From positions 1 to 19,730 of the forward strand of contig JBHLNZ010000054.1 in assembly GCA_048941015.1 (NCBI GenBank): 19,730 bases of DNA, written 5' to 3'. The notes beneath the pieces were generated by a model. It saw nothing but the letters and a program-made list of their open reading frames with translations. It had not been told where the DNA came from and searched no databases. This document shows, piece after piece, positions 7,787 to 16,382 of this stretch. Source of the stretch: Promethearchaeota archaeon (GTDB taxonomy: Archaea; Asgardarchaeota; Lokiarchaeia; Sigyniarchaeales; SOKP01). The stretch's first letter is position 1; each line of letters starts with the position of its first letter. The translations under genes were made by a program, and so were the position numbers.

Positions 7787-9403
7787 TTAAAAATATTTTT
7801 TTATAAATTTCTTACGATAAATTTCAGGATCATTAGTGTTTCTTAGTATATAATCTTCATATTTCTTATACAAATTTAGCATATCATTATATAATCTTTT
7901 ATAACCTTTAGAAGGTTCAATGAATGTGCTTTCTTGGGAATTTAAGAAATTTATAATAACATGAGACCAGCTTTTTTTTTCTCCGATATAATCGTGATAA
8001 GATTTCGCAGATCGTAGAGCCGCTCCTAAAGCTGCGGAATTAGTTGTGTCAAAATGCCGTATTGTTGTTCCAAAAATGTCTGAAGCAACTTGCAATATTT
8101 CTCTATTAGCTGAACCTCCCCCTGTGGCATATATCTCTTTTGGCTTTTCCTTAATCCACTCTGAATGCAATCTCATAGATAAAAATTGTGCTTCAATAAT
8201 AGCTCTGACGTTTCCTTCAATATCAGTTTCATCGAATCCAAATCTGAATACTTTCGGTTTTAATACCGGAGGGACAATTTCAGGAAAAAAATAAGGAAGC
8301 ATGATCTTACCATAGTTTCCAGGAGGTGTGCTTTCTAAAATTTTAGAGAAATTATCCCATGTAAGGTCTCCTTTTATTTTTTCCCTTGCGAGAGAACCGT
8401 TTTTATAGCATATTAAGCTCATATAATCTCCTGTTGGAGCTATAAAAACATGTCCTTCTCCCTTCAAATCTAGATATAGATTCTTCATATAACTAAAATA
8501 GGTATCACTAGTACCAAGGCTAATTGCAGCCTTTCTTTTCTCAATTAGACCTACACCAATTAAACTATTAGGATTATCTCCTGACCAAGGTAAAAGTATC
8601 GTATTTTCGGAGAGATTATATCTTTGAATGAAATAAGGAGAAATCTTCCCTATAACATCATAAGATTGTGTAAGAAGAGGCAATTTTTGTTTTAAATCTG
8701 GAGCAGTCGCTTCTAAAGCACCATCGTCCCATTTTTTGGTTCTAATATTCATTAAATTCATACCCGCGCCATCTCCATGATCTATAGGTGAATTTTTACC
8801 CAATAAGATTGAGGAGAGAAAAGAACTTACAAGATGGATTTTTGAAGTAGAGAGATAATGATCAGGATCTTCTTGATAAAATTTGCGGATCTGAGGTCCA
8901 GAAAATCTCTCAAATGTATCAGAACCAGTCAATCTTATTATAGCCTCCTTACCACCAAGTGCATTGCGAATTTCCTCACATTGTTTAGTTGTGCTTGAGT
9001 CCATCCAAATTGGACTAGTGTTTCGACTAAAAGCATCTTTTAATTGGCTTGTTATTGTTCTATCCAGATTTAGATTAATGAGATTTTCTTCAAATTTTTC
9101 ATTTACGTAAACAGTTCCATGTTGCTGACCAGAACCTGATATTGCTTTGATATCTTTTAATAAAAGCTTAGTTTTCTGCAATCTTTTAAAAAATAATTCT
9201 AATGCATCAACCCACATTAATTGATTTGAATGAACTACTTTACCTCCATCTGAAATATAAACCCCATTTTGAGTATTATAATGGGGTAATTCTTCATCAA
9301 AGATTATACTCTCCTTATAAACAATAGAATGAGAATGAAAATCTATCAAAATACCTGTTAAACTCTGAGTAGAACAATCCAAACCTAGAAAATATTTAGC
9401 CAT
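7787..9403 (-). CDS. FGGY-family carbohydrate kinase, eukaryotic-type D-xylulokinase-like
   Basis: LGLDCSTQS, ISGSGQQHG, SPIWMDSSTTKQC, ERFSGPQIRK, GDNPNSL, SLGTSDT, YKNGSLARE, ATGGGSAN. Confidence 0.88.
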   Translation of the reverse strand: MAKYFLGLDCSTQSLTGILIDFHSHSIVYKESIIFDEELPHYNTQNGVYISDGGKVVHSNQLMWVDALELFFKRLQKTKLLLKDIKAISGSGQQHGTVYVNEKFEENLINLNLDRTITSQLKDAFSRNTSPIWMDSSTTKQCEEIRNALGGKEAIIRLTGSDTFERFSGPQIRKFYQEDPDHYLSTSKIHLVSSFLSSILLGKNSPIDHGDGAGMNLMNIRTKKWDDGALEATAPDLKQKLPLLTQSYDVIGKISPYFIQRYNLSENTILLPWSGDNPNSLIGVGLIEKRKAAISLGTSDTYFSYMKNLYLDLKGEGHVFIAPTGDYMSLICYKNGSLAREKIKGDLTWDNFSKILESTPPGNYGKIMLPYFFPEIVPPVLKPKVFRFGFDETDIEGNVRAIIEAQFLSMRLHSEWIKEKPKEIYATGGGSANREILQVASDIFGTTIRHFDTTNSAALGAALRSAKSYHDYIGEKKSWSHVIINFLNSQESTFIEPSKGYKRLYNDMLNLYKKYEDYILRNTNDPEIYRKKFIKKYF

Positions 9404-9503
9404 GTTTTTTTAAATTATTTCTTAAATGATGATTATTTTTTATATTCAATAAATATTAAATGGAATATAATTTCTTTTCAAATCAAAATATAATTAAAAT
9501 TAT

Positions 9504-9893
9504 GTGTTTATTTTGGACGATATAAAAAAATTTATTGAAGAATTAGGAATCACGTCATTTGAATCCAACATGAAAATTGCTAGCATCGCAGTAGTGTCTG
9601 ATTCCGGAGATTTAGTATATCAAACTAATAATTGGGATCTTACCAATCAAACAGATACTATCTTAAATGTGATGAATGGAGAACGAACATTTGTTTTAAA
9701 TACTTATAATTTTTCAGTTTTAGAAAATAATCCTGAAGGGATTGTTGGAGCTAATGATAGTGGAATGGGTTACATAATATTCGCTCCTTTTCAAGGAGGT
9801 ATATTAGTATCATATGCAATGCCTAAAGCAGATCCAATCAAAGCGTTATATTTCCTTAAAAATTATGCCATAAAATTGAATGGGAAATTATAA
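9504..9893 (+). CDS. Asgard (Loki-type) profilin
   Basis: 129 aa. IAVV...G..VYQTNNWDL, VLENNPEGIVGAN..GMGYII, ILVSYA.P.A.P resemble Lokiarchaeal profilin as recalled (IAIIG..G..ITQTENWNI...IVENTEERKIGTN..GKGHVL). Confidence 0.75.
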   Translation: MFILDDIKKFIEELGITSFESNMKIASIAVVSDSGDLVYQTNNWDLTNQTDTILNVMNGERTFVLNTYNFSVLENNPEGIVGANDSGMGYIIFAPFQGGILVSYAMPKADPIKALYFLKNYAIKLNGKL

Positions 9894-10247
9894 ATATATC
9901 TATTAGCAATTTTGCGATAATAGTATATATAAATACTCATAAAATTTAAGATCAATTTGATTATTGTTTTTGAATTCTTTTAACAATAAATTTATAATTT
10001 TAATATTAAAATTATTCCATTCAATAATTTTTATGCAAACTTGTAAAATTGTTGTCTAGTTAATAATAGGATGTAAATTTAAAATGTTTTTTTTTAAACA
10101 TTAGGTTACGATACTTGCAAAAAATTTTTGAATTTCATAATGTTATCGAAAATTTTAATTATAAATATGCACATTATGATAATATAAAAGTAGTTTTTCA
10201 AAAATTAAAAAAATTATATATCAAAATTTCAAAGGTAGAAATGTAAA

Positions 10248-10667
10248 ATGGATGTTATTGATATAAAAATTTTAGAAGAACTGAAAGCAAATAGTCGAAT
10301 TTCTTTTAATGATATCTCAACCCACGTTGGTAAGACAGAAGCAACAGTTAGAAGACGTGTTAAGAAATTAGAAGAAGATGGGATTATTAAAAAATATACC
10401 ATCGAATACACAATCAATTCGAAGCCAAAAACTAGAGCAACAGTAAAAATTGAACCTGACTTTAAGGAGATTAAGGGTATTTTAAAGGAATTGATAGAAA
10501 TTGAGGAGATTACCGATATTTGGCGCTTAAGCGGAGATTGTGGTCTTTTTATTAAAGTTGAAATCCCATCGATTGAACAATTCAATCCCTTAATTGAAGA
10601 GAAGATCTCTCAAATAAAAGGCGTAAAAATAATGGAAACTTGTTTTATAACGGATATTATTAAATAA
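10248..10667 (+). CDS. Lrp/AsnC-family transcriptional regulator
   Basis: DVIDIKILEELKANSRISF.DIS..VG.TE.TV.RRVKKLEEDGII HTH; LSGDCGLFIKV C-terminal RAM domain. Confidence 0.93.
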   Translation: MDVIDIKILEELKANSRISFNDISTHVGKTEATVRRRVKKLEEDGIIKKYTIEYTINSKPKTRATVKIEPDFKEIKGILKELIEIEEITDIWRLSGDCGLFIKVEIPSIEQFNPLIEEKISQIKGVKIMETCFITDIIK

Positions 10668-10800
10668 ATCATTTTCTTTTATCTTTTTAAATTGAATTAC
10701 TTTATTTTTAAATAGACAGAATTTTCCATTTTTAATTTATAAGCCATTTAATAATAAAGGCTGTTTCTATATTTTAATTATAAAAAAACAGTTGTTTTAC

Positions 10801-11295
10801 ATGGTTATTAAAAAAGGAGATATTATTAAAGTCGAATATGAAGGTCGATTAGAAGATGGGACCATTTTTGACAGCACGGATTTGAATGGTGGTTCTGCTT
10901 TAAAGTTTGAAGTAGGGGCAGGACTTATTATTCCTGGATTTGAAAAATCTGTTGTTGGGAAGAATGTTGGTGAAGAATTTGAAATTGAAATAGAACCAAA
11001 TGAAGCTTATGGAGAAATTGACCCTATATTGACTCAAACAGTAGGTAGAGATCAAATTCCAGAGGACTTGAATAAGGATATCGAACCGGGTATGATGCTT
11101 CGAGTAAGTGATCCGAATGGAAATTATTCTATAGCATGGATTAAGGAAGTGGATGATGAATTTGTTACAATAGATTTGAATCATCCACTCGCAGGAAAAA
11201 AATTAACTTTCAAGATTAAAATTCTAGAGACAGGCTGCGAACCAGATCCTCCTGGAGCAGGATGTAGTTGTGGATGTGGACATGACCACCATTAA
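10801..11295 (+). CDS. slyD: FKBP-type peptidyl-prolyl isomerase, SlyD-like, with Cys/His-rich tail
   Basis: YEGRLEDGTIFDS, IIPGFE, EAYGE, DLNHPLAGKKLTF; tail GCSCGCGHDHH. Confidence 0.9.
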   Translation: MVIKKGDIIKVEYEGRLEDGTIFDSTDLNGGSALKFEVGAGLIIPGFEKSVVGKNVGEEFEIEIEPNEAYGEIDPILTQTVGRDQIPEDLNKDIEPGMMLRVSDPNGNYSIAWIKEVDDEFVTIDLNHPLAGKKLTFKIKILETGCEPDPPGAGCSCGCGHDHH

Positions 11296-11459
11296 AAGAA
11301 GAATTATTTTATTCTACTTTCTAATTTTTTAAACATGTTTATACTATTTTTTTAAATATTTATAAGCAAGATACATTAAATTTACGGCAAATTTTCCTAA
11401 AAATAAATTAATTTATTTATTTTCATAGATTTTTATAATTATCATTTTATCGCTATAAC

Positions 11460-12785
11460 ATGAGCTACAAATTTACAAAAGAAGAATTGGAAGAGCTGTT
11501 AGTGGATTATAATAAAATCGCACTCAAGGAGCTCAATCTTCCTTCTCAGGTCTGTATTTGGGATGAAACTCTTAGAGATGGAGAACAAAGTCCAGCTGTA
11601 TATCTTACCTTAGATGAGAAAATCCATTTAGTAAAACTCATGGATGAAATAGGCGTTAAATTAATCGCTGTAGGTTTTCCAGCAGTTTCTGAATCTGAGA
11701 AGAATATAGTTAAAACGATTGTAAATGAAGATTGTAAGCGAGCCACAATTTTAGGAATCGCAAGACCAAAGAAAGAAGATATAGATGCATGTATAAGTGC
11801 TGATTTAAGTGAGATTGTTGTCTTTATGCCAGTCTCTCCAATATTTAGGAAAACCTTAAAAGAAAGTCCAGAAGAACAACTAGAAAAAATTGATAGTGCG
11901 ATTCATTATGCGAGAGATAATGGTTTAAAGGTAAACTGGGTATCAGAAGATGGAACACGCTGTGATTTTAATCATTTAAAGAATGTATTTCAAACTGCTA
12001 TAGAAGCGGGAGCAGAAAGAATTGTCCTTGGAGATACTGTAGGAATATTAACTCCTCACTCAACATCATATATGATTAAGAAAATTAAAGAGGAAGTTAT
12101 TAAACCTTTAAAGATTGAAATACCTATCGGAATTCATACACATAATGACTTTGGTTTAGCAGTTGCTAATACGATTACTGGTGTATTTGAGGGATGCAAA
12201 TATCCTCACACATGCATAAATGGCTATGGTGAAAGGGCAGGAAATGCAGCATTAGAAGAGGTTGCTACAATTTTAGAAAGGATGGGAATAAAAACAGGTA
12301 TTGATTTAACGAAGTTACCAGAATTAAGTGCATTTTGTGAAGAGTATTTTTGTAAACCTCTTTCTCAATATAAACCAATTGTTGGGGAATATGCTTTTTC
12401 TCATGAATCAGGGCTTCATATTGCAGCAATATTAGCCCATCCATTGACTTATGAACCTATAAATCCGCGTATGGTTGGAAGACGAAGAAAATTTTATTTA
12501 GGTAAATTTTCTGGATCTAAATCAATTCTTCACGCTCTAAGACAAAAGATAAAAGTTTTGGATTTAGATATTCCTGAAGAAATCATAAAAAAAATCGTTA
12601 CAGAAGTTAAAAAGAAGCATGAGGAAACCTCTAAAGAAGAATTAAAAAAATCATTTTTCATAATAAAAGAGGAACTTAAAAAGATTACAAAAGGAGTAGG
12701 AGATAAAGAGTTTTTTGAAATCGTTAATAAATATGCTCAACCCTATGTTCCTGATGATTTTAAACCAAAAAATCAAGAATCATAA
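11460..12785 (+). CDS. DRE-TIM metallolyase, homocitrate/isopropylmalate/citramalate synthase family
   Basis: DETLRDGEQ, GFPA, DTVG, HTHNDFGLAVAN, GYGERAGNA.LEE, HESGLH. No obvious C-terminal LeuA regulatory domain. Confidence 0.9.
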   Translation: MSYKFTKEELEELLVDYNKIALKELNLPSQVCIWDETLRDGEQSPAVYLTLDEKIHLVKLMDEIGVKLIAVGFPAVSESEKNIVKTIVNEDCKRATILGIARPKKEDIDACISADLSEIVVFMPVSPIFRKTLKESPEEQLEKIDSAIHYARDNGLKVNWVSEDGTRCDFNHLKNVFQTAIEAGAERIVLGDTVGILTPHSTSYMIKKIKEEVIKPLKIEIPIGIHTHNDFGLAVANTITGVFEGCKYPHTCINGYGERAGNAALEEVATILERMGIKTGIDLTKLPELSAFCEEYFCKPLSQYKPIVGEYAFSHESGLHIAAILAHPLTYEPINPRMVGRRRKFYLGKFSGSKSILHALRQKIKVLDLDIPEEIIKKIVTEVKKKHEETSKEELKKSFFIIKEELKKITKGVGDKEFFEIVNKYAQPYVPDDFKPKNQES

Positions 12786-12787
12786 AA

Positions 12788-14200
12788 TTATAATAAATTT
12801 TTGATTTCATCAATTCTTTCTTGAGTTTTCTGTATATCTGCTTTTATTTGACCTATTCTTTTATCACGAGCCTTTTTATTAATTTCTCCTGCTTTAAGCT
12901 TTTTTTCAACAAGATTCATTAAATTCCTATAAGAATTTAATTTGCTTTTTAAAACTTCGCTTTCTGCTTCTAAATCCTTTCTTTTGATTTTTGATTTTGT
13001 CTTTAATTTGGGAAGAGGTTTCAACTTTACTTCTCCTTCAGTTCGAGGAAGACCTATAAAATTCTTTTCTTCCTTATCTTTAAAACTTTCTGGTTTTGGA
13101 GGTAAATCTGTGAGGACTGGTTCGGGTGCTGATGCTAAATCCAAAAAATCGTATAGTGGAGTCGGTTTTGAATCGGGAATAATTTGTTTATTGGAAGTAT
13201 CCGCTAGATTTGAGCCTTCAAAAGTACTTGTTACGTGAGATGCTGGATTTGAAAGCTCAATGATTTCTTTATCGGAAGCTTCTGTAGCTTTAATCAGTTT
13301 ATCAATAGTATTTTTAATCATATCTATTTGGTTTTGAAATATTTTTAAAAGTTCCATCAATTCGCTTTTTTTTGAAATTTTCATTGAAAAATCTATATCT
13401 ATCTTTTTTCTTTCATATGTTGCTGAATTATTAGAAGAGGTTGGATATCCTGTTGTTTGCGAATAACTGTAAGCATCTGGAGGAGTAACTTCAGGAATTC
13501 TACCACTAGTTCTCAATTCCATCCGATAATCAGAAACCAACCAATTAAATATATTGAAAGTTAAATTAGGATGTTCTTCATAATTGAAACCTCCACCAAC
13601 TTTATCTCTAAACATTTCATAACTCCCTATTGCACATACTCTTCCTTTTTCCGGTTCAGTAGTACATATTAAAGGAGTTGAAATCGGCTCAGAAGTATCA
13701 TTTGAGGAGGCAATTGATATTGCACTACCCATTATGCTGAGGGAGCATCCTGAACGGTAGCAGATTGAGGAGATTCCAGTTGTAATTGGATGTGGCGGAA
13801 CAAATGATGTAATTATTGGCATGTTTTCCATTCCTAAATTATATGATTCATCTAAAACTTGGTCATTTTCAAAAATTATTCCAAAATTTTGACTTAATTC
13901 ACTTAAATTACTATTTCGTCCTTTATCTCCCCCTGCATGAGATAATAATAATAATCCACCACCATCTTCTTTTACCCAACTCATAATCTCAGTGATTTCC
14001 ATTGATGATATTTTAGCAAAATCAGGACACACAAAAACTAAAATATCATATGGTTGTAAAGAATTTTGGGTAACTGGTGTTTCTAAAAAGTTATAGCAAA
14101 TGAAGTCATTTGCATTTAAAAAATCCCTTAATTCTGTAAGATTTTCATCGATTTTACCACGTGGTTTATGAGCAATATCAAAAGCAACATTATATGGCAT
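12788..14200 (-). CDS. GIFT (GldG/IFT52-like) domain protein with low-complexity linkers and coiled-coil C-terminus
   Basis: YDILVF.CP....S..E...I..WV..GGGLLLLS.AGG......N.SEL..NFGI.FEND.V; Y.SGCSLS; GRVCAIGSYEMFRD...NIFNWL. No signal peptide. ATG 14200 preferred over TTG 14206. Confidence 0.72.
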   Translation of the reverse strand: MPYNVAFDIAHKPRGKIDENLTELRDFLNANDFICYNFLETPVTQNSLQPYDILVFVCPDFAKISSMEITEIMSWVKEDGGGLLLLSHAGGDKGRNSNLSELSQNFGIIFENDQVLDESYNLGMENMPIITSFVPPHPITTGISSICYRSGCSLSIMGSAISIASSNDTSEPISTPLICTTEPEKGRVCAIGSYEMFRDKVGGGFNYEEHPNLTFNIFNWLVSDYRMELRTSGRIPEVTPPDAYSYSQTTGYPTSSNNSATYERKKIDIDFSMKISKKSELMELLKIFQNQIDMIKNTIDKLIKATEASDKEIIELSNPASHVTSTFEGSNLADTSNKQIIPDSKPTPLYDFLDLASAPEPVLTDLPPKPESFKDKEEKNFIGLPRTEGEVKLKPLPKLKTKSKIKRKDLEAESEVLKSKLNSYRNLMNLVEKKLKAGEINKKARDKRIGQIKADIQKTQERIDEIKNLL

Positions 14201-14356
14201 AATCAATCATCATTTCTTTAAATTATTTTATTAATATAATCAAAATCTTATTTTTATTTATAATTATTTGAATCGTCCTATTACTTATAATATCTTTCTA
14301 TCCTATTATAATTATTTAAAATTCTTAAATTTCAATTTGCTCTTAATTATTTATAT

Positions 14357-15454
14357 TTAATAGCTACTCTTATCTCCAATAATCAAAGAATCTTTACTAA
14401 TGTTTTCAATTTTTACGCTACTTCCAATAATAGAATTTTCGCTTATCATATTTTTTAAATCTGCATTTTCTTCTATTACGCAATTTTCTAAAATGCAGTT
14501 CGAAAGAAAAGAATTTTTTCCTATTGAAACATAGGGTCCAATAACAGAATGAATAATTTTAGAATTTTCTCCAATATTTACTGGATTTTTTATATAAGAT
14601 CTTTCCACTGTTATATTTAAGGCGTGAAAGTCTTCTTTTTTAGTATAAAATTGTTCTAATAAAAATTTATTACCGTTTAGTAATTCAGAAGGTCTCCCAA
14701 AATCTAATATTCCTTTTTTTAACTTGACTGCTGCTATTTTAAAACCAGAATTTACTAAGTCTTGTAAACTTTCAGTTAAATATATTTCTTTTGAATCTTC
14801 AGTCCTTTGGTCTAAATATTTGCTTATATTATTGAATAAAGCATGAGTAGTAGTATTAGAAAATGCGTATATTCCAGCAATAGCTAAATTGGAAATATAT
14901 TTTTTTGGTTTTTCTACTAATTTTTGTATAATTGAGTTTTTATTTACAGATACAACACCATATGAATTAGCATCTTCTTTAGGAACCTCCATCACAGTAA
15001 TGATTCCATCTACATCGGATTCATAATATCGATACATTATATATGAATAATCATCGATAGGGAGCATATCTGCTAAAAAGATTAAAGATCCTTCTCTTTT
15101 ATCTTCCTCATTACTACTGATCGTTATTTTCTTGAAATTATCTTTTGCGAGGTAAACAGCGTCAGCTAATCCCCAAAAAAAAGGAACATCATCATTCCAA
15201 CCACGAGGTATTTGCTCCTTAAAGGTTAATTTAAATTTATTATTATAATTTTTTCTAACAAAATCCATGATCTGGCGTTTCTTATAACCAACTATTAGAA
15301 TTAATTCGGTATTATTATCAAAAGTATCACAAAATTTATCTAAAATATGTTCTAAAACAGTTTTTCCAGCTACATGTATAGATGTCTTTGGTTTACTTAA
15401 AGTAAAAGGTTTCAATCTGGAACCTATTCCCGCACAGGGTCCTATAATCTTCAT
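14357..15454 (-). CDS. Sugar-1-phosphate nucleotidyltransferase (long form, with C-terminal hexapeptide repeats)
   Basis: AGIGSRLKPFT..KPK, YGVV, LVEKP, AGIY, EIYLTE, DFG; C-terminal left-handed beta-helix-like repeats. Confidence 0.9.
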   Translation of the reverse strand: MKIIGPCAGIGSRLKPFTLSKPKTSIHVAGKTVLEHILDKFCDTFDNNTELILIVGYKKRQIMDFVRKNYNNKFKLTFKEQIPRGWNDDVPFFWGLADAVYLAKDNFKKITISSNEEDKREGSLIFLADMLPIDDYSYIMYRYYESDVDGIITVMEVPKEDANSYGVVSVNKNSIIQKLVEKPKKYISNLAIAGIYAFSNTTTHALFNNISKYLDQRTEDSKEIYLTESLQDLVNSGFKIAAVKLKKGILDFGRPSELLNGNKFLLEQFYTKKEDFHALNITVERSYIKNPVNIGENSKIIHSVIGPYVSIGKNSFLSNCILENCVIEENADLKNMISENSIIGSSVKIENISKDSLIIGDKSSY

Positions 15455-15488
15455 TTTTTTTTATTTTAATTTATCTCTTTTATTTTGA

Positions 15489-16265
15489 TTAATAAAATTT
15501 GGATTTATCAGAATCAAAAACTCTTTGTAAATAAGCAAATAGTAAATCAAGACCATGTTCCTCTTTAATAGTACATGGAATTAATTCAGTAGTAGAACCT
15601 AATTGAATAAATACGTCGGATATCAACATAGATAATTCCCTTATTAATCCACTCTCACGTTGGCTTGTAGAATCTTCTAATGCTCTAAAATCTTGGCTCC
15701 AGTTAACAATCATATCAATTTGATCTTCATCTATTAAATCACATTTCGATAAGATATTGATCTGGGGAATTTGTTTAAATCTAAATTGTACTGAAGCTGC
15801 TAAAAGAAGAGTAGATATGAATCCGTTTGGTCGAAGAACAAAATTTGAATCAAAAAGGAAGGATACTGATCTTTGAATTGAACCGAATCCCAATGAACTA
15901 GCAATTAATGGCCCCGTTTCTCTAAATGCAAATAATTCAAGTTGTCCTGCTGTATCAACAAATATCCAATCGGGATTATATTCATCAATCTCATCTTTAA
16001 TATCATCTAAAAAATTCACCATTAAATCAGATGCCAAGATCATAGCTCCATTTGGACCTAAACTATATTCTGTCATGACTTCTTCTAATATAATATAATC
16101 GCGAATATCGATATCTGGAGAATAAGATAATATTTTCGCACCAGGATCTAAATTCAAAGTAATTGCTGTAATTTCAGGATCTCTATTTATAACATAATCT
16201 TTAAGTAGTCCAGTTAAAGTAGATTTTCCACTCCCAGCAGTCCCAATGAAATAATTAAGTAATAT
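15489..16265 (-). CDS. GPN-loop GTPase (archaeal GPN family), probable non-canonical ATA start
   Basis: GTAGSGKST P-loop lies upstream of the ORF-track start (16157) in the same open frame; NLDPG, LGPNGA, DTAGQLE, SKCD motifs. Confidence 0.9.
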   Translation of the reverse strand: MLLNYFIGTAGSGKSTLTGLLKDYVINRDPEITAITLNLDPGAKILSYSPDIDIRDYIILEEVMTEYSLGPNGAMILASDLMVNFLDDIKDEIDEYNPDWIFVDTAGQLELFAFRETGPLIASSLGFGSIQRSVSFLFDSNFVLRPNGFISTLLLAASVQFRFKQIPQINILSKCDLIDEDQIDMIVNWSQDFRALEDSTSQRESGLIRELSMLISDVFIQLGSTTELIPCTIKEEHGLDLLFAYLQRVFDSDKSKFY

Positions 16266-16382
16266 TTTGATTAACCTCTATTAAATTATTTTACCTCATT
16301 TATAAATACACAAAATATTCGAAAATAATTAAAATATTATTATTTATCTAAAAGAAAATTAAGATGGTCGAGTTTATAATAA

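Noticed and set aside
9894-10247. Long AT-rich gap before the Lrp gene with weak palindromes
   Set aside because: No convincing ORF, repeat array or stable stem; weak palindromes are expected at this AT content.
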